Shown piece after piece: positions 36,296-44,199 of a stretch of 47,127 bases of DNA. Source of the DNA: a virus (lineage: Duplodnaviria > Heunggongvirae > Uroviricota > Caudoviricetes); IMG/VR virus record IMGVR_UViG_3300037502_002518, positions 69,712-116,838 of that record; one strand, 5' to 3'. Every line of letters starts with the position of its first letter. The stretch's first letter is position 1. The position numbers and the translations under genes are program-made. A model generated the notes under the pieces. The model had not been told where the DNA came from. It did not search any database and saw nothing but the letters and a program-made list of their open reading frames with translations.

Positions 36296-36385
36296 AGAAT
36301 AGCCATGAGCCACATGGCTTAATCTAACCGATTAGTCGGTCGGTTTACTTATTATCCGATGAGGAATAACGCATTTTAACGACTG

Positions 36386-36470
36386 AGTGTAGTGCAATGG
36401 GTCGAACATTGCAACTCAACATCTATAGGCTAGCCATGATGTTGCGCTTTTCCAATTAAGCTAACCACAC
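36386..36470 (-). tRNA. tRNA-like element with extended anticodon arm and no canonical loop
   Basis: Acceptor GTGTGGT/ACTACAC, D-arm GCTT-AATTGGAA-AAGC, CAACATC-ATGGCTAGCCTATA-GATGTTG, T-arm GCAATG-TTCGACC-CATTGC. Confidence 0.65.
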
Positions 36471-36578
36471 ATGATATTATTAAAACCTCGCCCACTTTAA
36501 TCATATTATATGCCCTTGCAAGAGCCTTTGGAAAGTGGGGGAGGATTTTAAAATAAGTTATAAGTTAATTCATTTTTG

Positions 36579-37250
36579 TCACCAAGTTAGTTCATCTGCG
36601 TGATTTGCAATGTCACCTCTAAAGTTAACATTCAATTCACAAGATGATGCATAATTCTTTTGTTCATAATGTTTGATGTATGGCTCAAATCCACTTTTTC
36701 TAGGGTCTGGTAAATCACATTGACCACTGTGACCAATAACAATAACTTTACAATTATCATGGATTCTTGTTAGAATCTTTTTCAAGTCACCTCTTGTGAA
36801 GTTTTGAGACTCATCTATTACTACAACTTTATTAATTAGGTTAATACCTCTTGCAAAAACATGAGGCATTGCTGTCACCCAAGCTTTATCAAACTGTTCT
36901 TTTGTCATAAAATCTGACTTGATAGCTTGCATTGGGTTCTCATCAATATTTACTAATGCATCTTTTAAAGGTACTAGATAAGCTTCATTCTTTTCTTCTT
37001 GTCCACCTTTTCTGAATCCCATTTTGTCTTCTTCGATTGGACTAAAGATATAAACTAACTCATCTTGTGAATACCTATCATCTTGAACGATGATGTTTGC
37101 ACTAGCAATTGCTAAACTAGTTTTACCTGTTCCAGAACGTGCATTTACAAATACCATCTTTTTATCAAAGATAGCATCGACATAATGTCTTTGCTCATCT
37201 GTCATTGTCTTTGCCATTCCAAAGAACATATTATCTTTATCTAGAGGCAT
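36579..37250 (-). CDS. phoH: PhoH family ATPase
   Basis: ARSGTGKT Walker A, KMGFRKG, FARG.N, VIDESQN, IGHSGQCD. Confidence 0.93.
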   Translation of the reverse strand: MPLDKDNMFFGMAKTMTDEQRHYVDAIFDKKMVFVNARSGTGKTSLAIASANIIVQDDRYSQDELVYIFSPIEEDKMGFRKGGQEEKNEAYLVPLKDALVNIDENPMQAIKSDFMTKEQFDKAWVTAMPHVFARGINLINKVVVIDESQNFTRGDLKKILTRIHDNCKVIVIGHSGQCDLPDPRKSGFEPYIKHYEQKNYASSCELNVNFRGDIANHADELTW

Positions 37251-37319
37251 CCGCTCAACTCCAGTATGTTATTTTGTGGTTCTAGAGTTAACTAGAACCA
37301 CTTATGTTTTGATATGTTA

Positions 37320-37610
37320 TTAGTTGACTGCGTTTTTGATTCGGCTTAATGTTTTAGCACGAACACGCATTTTTTCTGGAATGTCAATCGCTTCACCAGT
37401 TTGTGGATTACGACCTGTTGTAGCTTCTGCTTTAGTTGTGATAAACTGTACAACACCTTGGAATTCAAGTTTGTCGCCATCTTCCATTTCTGATACAACA
37501 TCTACGATGTGGTCAAAAACATTGTTTGTAGCTTCCTTTGCTTCCTTGATTGTTAAACCTTTTGCCTCTGCTAAACTGCGCACGAATTGTTCTTTACCTA
37601 ATTTTGCCAT
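37320..37610 (-). CDS. hup: HU-like histone-like DNA-binding protein (YonN-like)
   Basis: K..FVR.LAE..GLT.KEA and GRNPQTGEAIDIP signature. Confidence 0.95.
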   Translation of the reverse strand: MAKLGKEQFVRSLAEAKGLTIKEAKEATNNVFDHIVDVVSEMEDGDKLEFQGVVQFITTKAEATTGRNPQTGEAIDIPEKMRVRAKTLSRIKNAVN

Positions 37611-37723
37611 AATGTTAATTTCTCCTTTTTCTCTTGTGATTTTTATAATAACCAGACTATTTTATCTGGCAACTACCTAAATAAAAACTAATTTCTTTCT
37701 TGTAGAAAATTTTAATTTTTCTA

Positions 37724-37775
37724 CCCCTCTATTACTAATAGTCACTTCTAGAGCAAAATGTGACGTTTTTTATCC
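37724..37775 (-). promoter_or_regulatory. 52-bp conserved motif, copy 2 (candidate late promoter at the head of the HU-PhoH-tRNA-structural transcription unit)
   Basis: 44/52 identity to 6902-6953, same orientation. Confidence 0.6.
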
Positions 37776-37792
37776 AAGAATTTTTTCGAGGG

Positions 37793-38902
37793 CTATTTCG
37801 ACTTGGATTTTACACATGATTTGCATGTATCCCTTAATTGACCATTTTCTCTTGTTGGGAAATTTTTATTTGTAGCCAGCTTGACTTGACTACAAATGTT
37901 GCATGTTTTGTAACTTCCCTTTAAGAAGTATGTGTAAGCCCAATCTTCTTTCATGCCTTTGTATGTTTCTACAATCTTTTCTGGAATTACTTTTGATACA
38001 ATCTTAGATATTTGGAATCGAGAATACTCTTTTCCAAACTTGCTTAATACTAAATCAATAATCTCTTTTTGTTTTAGTCCATGAGCATTTGCATCCAGTA
38101 TTTCTAAAGTTTCTTCATCAAATTCGCAATTATCTATGATATTGTCAAATGACATCATTACAAGCTTTAAATAGCCAAATGTGTCATTCTTTGAGTTTTT
38201 CTTAAACTCATGATAGTAGTTCAGCAAGACTTTTACAGTTTCTATGTCGTCAAATCTGACGAAACTTAAAGCAGAATCATCTCTTTCAGTTCGTGTTACA
38301 CTGTTGAATGAAACATATTTTTTAAGTGAGTTTTTAACTGCCAATTCGTCCTTCTGTATATCTGTTCGAATCCATTTTAATCTTTTAACTTCTGTATCAG
38401 ATATTTCTTCTCCAGATAATGTTTTCTTAGTTTTAATCATTTTTGATAAGTTCTTTATTGCCTTGCCAGTTTCTTCTAACTCTTTAAATTCTTTTCTGTC
38501 TTGCTTTGTTACTCTAAATTGTGGCTTACTATATCTTACTTTTTGCTCACCATTGAATGAGTCATAGTCTGCTTGCTTTGACATTTTTACTTCTCTTCTT
38601 TTGTTTCTAGTTTTCTTACTTTCTGTAATAATATCGCTTCTATCTTTTTGTTTTCCTTCTTTTTCTCTTTCTCTATCTTCTTTATCTTTAGCATATATTA
38701 AGTAATCTGCTACCTTTTCTAAATCTACACATACACTATTTGATTCGCTTGTAAGCGATGTTTTTTTGAGATGTGGGTTGAATTTTTCTGTAAAATAACA
38801 TCCAAACTCTTCACCATATTCTTCTGCAATATTATTTACAAGTTTTTTTCTATCTTCTAAATTATCTAGATTGTAATTCAACCTTTCTGACATCTTAAGC
38901 AT
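37793..38902 (-). CDS. Putative transcription factor (sigma-region-4-like HTH plus C-terminal Cys4 zinc finger)
   Basis: Likely start ATG 38902 (RBS TGGAG). HGLKQKEII....YSRFQISKI HTH-like segment. CNIC...CKSC. Confidence 0.55.
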   Translation of the reverse strand: MLKMSERLNYNLDNLEDRKKLVNNIAEEYGEEFGCYFTEKFNPHLKKTSLTSESNSVCVDLEKVADYLIYAKDKEDREREKEGKQKDRSDIITESKKTRNKRREVKMSKQADYDSFNGEQKVRYSKPQFRVTKQDRKEFKELEETGKAIKNLSKMIKTKKTLSGEEISDTEVKRLKWIRTDIQKDELAVKNSLKKYVSFNSVTRTERDDSALSFVRFDDIETVKVLLNYYHEFKKNSKNDTFGYLKLVMMSFDNIIDNCEFDEETLEILDANAHGLKQKEIIDLVLSKFGKEYSRFQISKIVSKVIPEKIVETYKGMKEDWAYTYFLKGSYKTCNICSQVKLATNKNFPTRENGQLRDTCKSCVKSKSK

Positions 38903-39023
38903 ATTGACAACTCCACACATTTTAATTTGTAGTAAGGAATTAGAGCTTGTAACTAAGGAGGTCACATGAGCAAAAAACAAGAAGGGTGGGGGTTTCTTAT
39001 GTCCTAACCCTTACTACAAATAT

Positions 39024-39053
39024 AGTATAGCATTTTATTTAGCTTTTGGTCAA
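39024..39053 (-). promoter_or_regulatory. sigmaA-type promoter
   Basis: TTGACC-18-TATACT with TG at -15/-14. Spacer nearly identical to the promoter at 41314-41343. Confidence 0.7.
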
Positions 39054-39059
39054 ATTTTT

Positions 39060-41270
39060 CTAAATCGACTTACTTAAGAACGTGTTTCTCTTTGATGATT
39101 TATCTGTTCTTATAGCATGGTTTAATGCTTTCAACTCAGAAACCAAGAAAAGATATTTTTCTGCTCTTGTTTTGCCAGTATATAATAACTGTCTATTTAA
39201 GAGAATGAATGACGAATAATCAACTGCAAGAACAACATTCTCCCAACTACTACCTTGTGATTTATGAATAGTTAAAGCATAACCTAAGTCAATTTGTTTC
39301 ATCTCTTCACGTTTAAACGTTACTTCCCCAACTGTTTCAAAGTTAATAACTATTTCTCCTTCTCCTGTGGCATCAATATGCTCAATGATACCCAAAGTAC
39401 CATTAAACACCCCTTTGTCATAGTTATTACCGTTAATGATGACTTTATCGTCTTCCATAAACACTTGTTTCCCCATGGTTATCTTGTTTTTGTGTGGAAC
39501 ATATTCTGGGTCTCTGTTAAAAATGACCTGTAATTCTTTGTTTAAATTACTTGTTGACAAGTCCCCACGCTTCTTCATTGCAACTAAAACTTGAAAGTCC
39601 ATTATGTCACCCTTGTATTTTTTTGCAATCTGGATAACTTTCTTGTAAACATTATCTGGATTTTGATACGGAAAATGATATAAATCTTTTAAATCACCAA
39701 TAATTTGAGAGTCATAATTGTCTTTGTCTGTAAAGTGCTTACCATCTCTCACTTTATTTGCTGATGATAATATTCCAGAGGCTTGAGCCTGTCTGTGAAC
39801 CTTTGTTAGTTCTACAGATGGAATCAAATCGCTATTTATTAAGTCATTCAGTACATTCCCTGCTCCAATGGCTTCTAATTGCCCTGTGTCACCTGTAATG
39901 ATTAACTTAGCACCGTCTTTAACAGCTCTAAGGAGAATGTAAAACAGCTCTGTATTCACCATTGATGCTTCATCTAGGAAGATAATATCGAAAAACGTTT
40001 TATTATTTGCATCGTATCCCCAACCTCTTGTTGGATTATAAGCTAACATTCTATGAATTGTCATAGCTTCTAGGTCTGTTGCCTCTTTGATTCTTTGAGA
40101 TGCTTTACCACTTAAGGCACAAGCTCCGTACTCTTTAGCTTCTGGCTTTGTTGATGCTTGTAATACAGCCATAATGCCACGAACGAGAGATGATTTACCA
40201 GAACCTGCTTTACCACTTACAACTACAACATTGTTTGTGATTGACATCTTAATTGCTTGTATTTGCTCCTCTGTGAATTCAAACCCTTGAGCTTTTTCTG
40301 CCCCTTTAATGGCTTCTAAAGTCTTATCCTTATCAAACTCAAAATGTGACTCTGAGTTAAGCAATCTTTCTAGGTTTGACTTGATTTCATCTTCGTAAAA
40401 CTTATATTTTTTTCGATAAACAATGTTTCCATCTACTTTAAAATCTGTGAATTTATCACCCTTGAGGAAGTCTTCAATCTCTTTTAGACCTACACTTGTT
40501 AAATCCATAATGCGTTTCACTAGTGTCGTAATTTTAATCCAAGAGTGACCGTTGTTTGCTTCTTCTTCTAAGCTGAATGTTGCACATGATTCAAGTCTAT
40601 GTGGACTATTGTATTCAACTCCCATTGACAATGCTATTTGGTCTACTTTTTTAAATCCAAAACCATCAACTTCAGTTAGGACATATGGGTTTTCGTTAAT
40701 TTTTTGAAGTAGTATATCTGGCGAACCGTACTTGTCTGATAGTCGCTTCACTGCGCTGTATGGGATGCCATACTTAGCTGTCAGTTCAACAATCGCTCGT
40801 TGATATTTCTTGTTGTCTTTAATTTTCTGTTTGATTCTTTCAATGGTTGATTCGCCAATTCCTTTGAGCAATGATAAGTCAACTTTGTTTTGTTCGATAA
40901 GTTCAACCAAGTTGCTATCTGGATAAGCATCGATGAATGTCTCCATTTGCTTTTCTGTCAACAACGACTTCAAGAAGTTTACTTGGTCTTCGCTTGTCGA
41001 GAACATCTCTTGGTAAATGCTTTTTACTTGGTATTGTAAACCAAACTTTGGATGCTTGGTCTCTTCGACAACTGCGATGTACTGACTTGTTTGATTTAAC
41101 TTAGGCATGCTACCTACGATGTTGATTTCTCCTGTTGACAAATAATTGCTGTCGTTTATGTTTTCCTTGTTCTCAGAGTCCTCTAAGACGATTGCTGAGT
41201 AGATACCAAAGCTTGAGTCCTCTGAGTAGAACTTCTGAAAGCTTGGCTTCACCTTTAATTCAAATTCCAT
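39060..41270 (-). CDS. recD2: RecD2-like ATP-dependent helicase (SF1B)
   Basis: HhH N-domain (GIG, NPYVL..VDG.GFKK.D), GKAGSGKS, TIHRML, DEASM, GD..QL.AIGAG, YALTIHKSQGS. Confidence 0.95.
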   Translation of the reverse strand: MEFELKVKPSFQKFYSEDSSFGIYSAIVLEDSENKENINDSNYLSTGEINIVGSMPKLNQTSQYIAVVEETKHPKFGLQYQVKSIYQEMFSTSEDQVNFLKSLLTEKQMETFIDAYPDSNLVELIEQNKVDLSLLKGIGESTIERIKQKIKDNKKYQRAIVELTAKYGIPYSAVKRLSDKYGSPDILLQKINENPYVLTEVDGFGFKKVDQIALSMGVEYNSPHRLESCATFSLEEEANNGHSWIKITTLVKRIMDLTSVGLKEIEDFLKGDKFTDFKVDGNIVYRKKYKFYEDEIKSNLERLLNSESHFEFDKDKTLEAIKGAEKAQGFEFTEEQIQAIKMSITNNVVVVSGKAGSGKSSLVRGIMAVLQASTKPEAKEYGACALSGKASQRIKEATDLEAMTIHRMLAYNPTRGWGYDANNKTFFDIIFLDEASMVNTELFYILLRAVKDGAKLIITGDTGQLEAIGAGNVLNDLINSDLIPSVELTKVHRQAQASGILSSANKVRDGKHFTDKDNYDSQIIGDLKDLYHFPYQNPDNVYKKVIQIAKKYKGDIMDFQVLVAMKKRGDLSTSNLNKELQVIFNRDPEYVPHKNKITMGKQVFMEDDKVIINGNNYDKGVFNGTLGIIEHIDATGEGEIVINFETVGEVTFKREEMKQIDLGYALTIHKSQGSSWENVVLAVDYSSFILLNRQLLYTGKTRAEKYLFLVSELKALNHAIRTDKSSKRNTFLSKSI

Positions 41271-41313
41271 GTTGTTCTTTTCCCCTTCCCTGTCTTGCGC
41301 TTGTTATATTTAC

Positions 41314-41343
41314 ATCATAGCATTTTATTTGGCTCTTGGTCAA
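41314..41343 (-). promoter_or_regulatory. sigmaA-type promoter for recD2
   Basis: TTGACC-18-TATGAT with extended TG. Confidence 0.7.
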
Positions 41344-41519
41344 GTGTTTTGTTTAAAATTTATGTATTTGATTAAATTATAGCATAAATACCATCAAAAC
41401 GTCAAAAAACCAGCAAAAAACTGAATAAAACACTTGTTTTTGATGAAAAATCATGCTATAATTTATATATAATCAATAAAATATATATAAAACTTACAAT
41501 AACAAAGGAGATGTTAAGC

Positions 41520-42530
41520 ATGAACTTAGCACAAGTAACGCAATTACAAGACGATAACATTTACGAATACTACGAGAATTACCTCAGTGGCTTCTCTGAG
41601 AATACAGCAAAGAACTATCGTGTAGACATTGAGCAGTTCTTCTCTCAAATGTTCAACAAAGAAGCAAAATATGTGTCTGTTAGTGACCTAGAGAGTCTTA
41701 AAAAGCTTGACATTGCCAGATATATTAACTTTATGGGCAGTAAATATGCTGTCACAAGTGTAAAAAGAAAATTAAACTCAATCAAGGGATTTGTTAATTA
41801 TATTGCTGGTGACTATGACAGTATAAACAAAAATATGTTTGAGAATGTTAAAACACCAAAGGCTACTGAGAAGCAAAATAGTTGGGACTCACTAGAGTGG
41901 GGAGAAGCTGTTGCTATTTGGACTTATGCTGAAGATAACTTTGGCAGTGAGATAGCAATGTTGTTCAAATTGGCTACTGTAACGTCTATTCGACTATCAG
42001 CTTTGTTAAACAGTACATGGTCTAAAAACTGGGGAATTAAGACTGAAAATGGCAATGAGATTCACTACATCGAGGTTTTTGACAAAGGGTCTGAAAACAA
42101 GAAGTCTGTATCAACAGAGTTTTACCAAGAGCTTAAATCTAAATTAAACAGACAAGATAAGCTTTTTCCAAATCTTTACCCAAACAAAGTTGGTAATATA
42201 CTCAAGGATTGTGTAGCTGGTGTTGGTATTGACCCTAAGCGTAATATCGTATTCCACAGCTTTAAAAAGGCTGGTGTCATGAGAGCTTTAGACCAGACAG
42301 GCAGTATGTACAAAGCTAAAGAGCAAGGGAATCACAAGAGTATTGTGACATCTGAGAAATATTACTTGAAGTACAAAGAGTGTCTAACAGACATGCCATC
42401 GTACAGTATGGACAAGGAATTGGACATGAAACAAAAATTTGAAGATTATAGCAAAGAGGAATTGCTTGATGCAATCGACAAGATGTCAGACTCAAGTAAG
42501 TTTGAGTTATTGCGGATTATACAGGGATAA
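41520..42530 (+). CDS. Tyrosine-recombinase-fold protein (SPbeta YopP-like); integrase or repressor
   Basis: SAM-like N-domain (SENTAKNYRVDIEQFF), SIRLSAL (R), FHSFKK (HxxK rather than HxxR), GNH...EKYY. RBS AAGGAG favours ATG 41520. Confidence 0.8.
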   Translation: MNLAQVTQLQDDNIYEYYENYLSGFSENTAKNYRVDIEQFFSQMFNKEAKYVSVSDLESLKKLDIARYINFMGSKYAVTSVKRKLNSIKGFVNYIAGDYDSINKNMFENVKTPKATEKQNSWDSLEWGEAVAIWTYAEDNFGSEIAMLFKLATVTSIRLSALLNSTWSKNWGIKTENGNEIHYIEVFDKGSENKKSVSTEFYQELKSKLNRQDKLFPNLYPNKVGNILKDCVAGVGIDPKRNIVFHSFKKAGVMRALDQTGSMYKAKEQGNHKSIVTSEKYYLKYKECLTDMPSYSMDKELDMKQKFEDYSKEELLDAIDKMSDSSKFELLRIIQG

Positions 42531-42537
42531 ATTGACT

Positions 42538-42565
42538 GGACAGCATGTAGTTGCTGTCCTTTTTT
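42538..42565 (+). terminator. Intrinsic terminator
   Basis: GGACAGCA-tgtagt-TGCTGTCC-TTTTTT. Confidence 0.85.
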
Positions 42566-42634
42566 GTTTGTTTAATTTTGACTGAAGCATTGGTGCGTAT
42601 GGGTTTGTAGCCATTTTATTTGGCTTGCTTTTTC

Positions 42635-42934
42635 AAAATGTCCCCCAAACCGCCCCCCTTATAATAATAGTTTACAGTAACTCTTATATACTAGCTTTTA
42701 GTTAATAATATATATTATACTGTAAACTAATAATATAAGGTGGCGCCTCTCGGGGACATTTTTAAAAACGTAACTTTTCGACCACCCCAGATTTTTGTGT
42801 TTTTTTAAAATGTCCCCAATAGCCCGTTCCTTATATTATTAGTTTACAGTAACTCTTATATACAAGTAATACTCTGAGTAATAATATACTACTGTAAACT
42901 TTTATTATAAGGGTGCGCGCCTCGGGAACATTTT
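42635..42934. repeat. Two tandem 128-bp imperfect palindromic elements (42635-42762, 42807-42934)
   Basis: Each reads AAAATGTCCC...CCTTATA.TA.TAGTTTACAGTA-38 bp-TACTGTAAACT...TATAAGG...GG(G/A)ACATTTT. Identical internal spacing, 172-bp period. Confidence 0.9.
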
Positions 42935-43032
42935 AGAAAAGCAGACTTAAATACATGGACGTTAAACCCTTGATAGCTCTGGTTTAAGACTATATCTGGT
43001 GACTGTCAAAACCAATGTTTTACAAAAAATGT

Positions 43033-43063
43033 AAAAGCGATGCCTATAAAATAAGCACCGCTT
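43033..43063 (-). terminator. Intrinsic terminator of the wHTH gene
   Basis: AAGCGGTGC-loop-GCATCGCTT followed by TTACATTTTT on the minus strand. Confidence 0.65.
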
Positions 43064-43068
43064 CTTGT

Positions 43069-43902
43069 TTATTTTTCTAAGTCATAAAATCTTTTTGCAG
43101 GTTCTTTTCTCAAAGTCTTAAATCTATTTGTTGACCCTTTTCTGTCTGGAGATTTAATATTTTTGTAAGTTATATAACCTTTGTCTCTGAGTGTTCTAAT
43201 TATGTCACCTACAGTTGATTTTGTCATACCAAGGTCATCGACAAAATTTTGCTTTGGAATGTCTATTCCGTCTGGAAAGTGTAGCTGTTTCATCTCGATG
43301 TAGCCTAATGTGTAAACATGTCTTGCATCTAAGTTCTTGTCTGACATAAGTTTTATAAACATGTCCATCTCGATTGAGTGAGTATGAGAGAAGTTATAAT
43401 ACGTTCCAGTGTAATCTGCTGGGTCATCGTCTTTGAATCGGACGAATGATTTAACAGGTTTACGAATCTTGAATTGTTTCTTTAAGTCGATTTGGTCACG
43501 AATAATCTTGTCTAAATCGTAATACATGACAAAACCTGTTGTCTCGTTTTCTGGTTGTGTATCGATAGGGTGGTCACGTTCAGAAGTAATGTAACCAAGT
43601 TCTTGTAAGATACCTCCATTCTTTGTGTATGGAGTGAATTTACGAATGGATGATAAGACTTGAGACATGATAACCTTTTGTTCGTAATCATATACAGTCC
43701 GTTTACCGTACATAGCATTTCTGTACAGAATGTTGATGATGTGGTAGTAGACGTAAGAGTAAGCTCTGTACTGGAATGACTCGATTTGTTTAAAGTCCTC
43801 AAAAATTTCATTTGGAATCTGAGGGTTGATGTATCTTGGTGTGACTAGCCATTCCTTGAATTCTTTACCTCTTAGTTTTAATTCGTTGTTGTTTGTAGCC
43901 AT
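43069..43902 (-). CDS. Conserved phage DNA-binding protein with C-terminal winged HTH (candidate replication initiator)
   Basis: IPNEIF.D, AYSY.Y, KNGG.L..LGY, TGT.Y....TH.I motifs. C-terminal LGMTKSTVGDIIRTLRDKGYI wHTH. Confidence 0.6.
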   Translation of the reverse strand: MATNNNELKLRGKEFKEWLVTPRYINPQIPNEIFEDFKQIESFQYRAYSYVYYHIINILYRNAMYGKRTVYDYEQKVIMSQVLSSIRKFTPYTKNGGILQELGYITSERDHPIDTQPENETTGFVMYYDLDKIIRDQIDLKKQFKIRKPVKSFVRFKDDDPADYTGTYYNFSHTHSIEMDMFIKLMSDKNLDARHVYTLGYIEMKQLHFPDGIDIPKQNFVDDLGMTKSTVGDIIRTLRDKGYITYKNIKSPDRKGSTNRFKTLRKEPAKRFYDLEK

Positions 43903-44000
43903 AGTTTTTCTATCTCCCTTTTCTTTTGTGCAATATGCACAGTTATTATTTTTGCATATATAGCCTAGTTTGGCTTAGGTTATGATTGAATGGATTGTAG

Positions 44001-44069
44001 TTATCCACAGGTTATCCACAATGAGAAAACATTCTGGGAAATAATTTATCCACAGAAAAGTTATCCACA
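44001..44069 (+). promoter_or_regulatory. Cluster of four perfect DnaA boxes (TTATCCACA)
   Basis: Exact 9-mers at 44001, 44012, 44046 and 44061, all in the same orientation. Confidence 0.9.
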
Positions 44070-44104
44070 GGATAATGATATAGGCTAAATATGACGTTAA
44101 GTTA

Positions 44105-44133
44105 ATTATATCTTAAAATGTACCCTTTGTCAA
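44105..44133 (-). promoter_or_regulatory. Consensus sigmaA promoter for the wHTH gene
   Basis: TTGACA-17-TATAAT. Confidence 0.85.
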
Positions 44134-44199
44134 TAAGTTTTGGGAAATAATTTGATAAAATTTGTGATGTAGGTGAGGCGATTCATATAGACTTTTATT

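Noticed and set aside
31271-41270. Inteins or introns in terminase or RecD2
   Set aside because: Lengths (560 and 736 aa) and motif spacing are normal. No C/S...HN intein ends were seen.
42635-42934. CRISPR array or protelomerase (telRL-type) site
   Set aside because: Only two units with no unique-spacer pattern, and the centres are not perfectly palindromic as hairpin-telomere resolution sites are.
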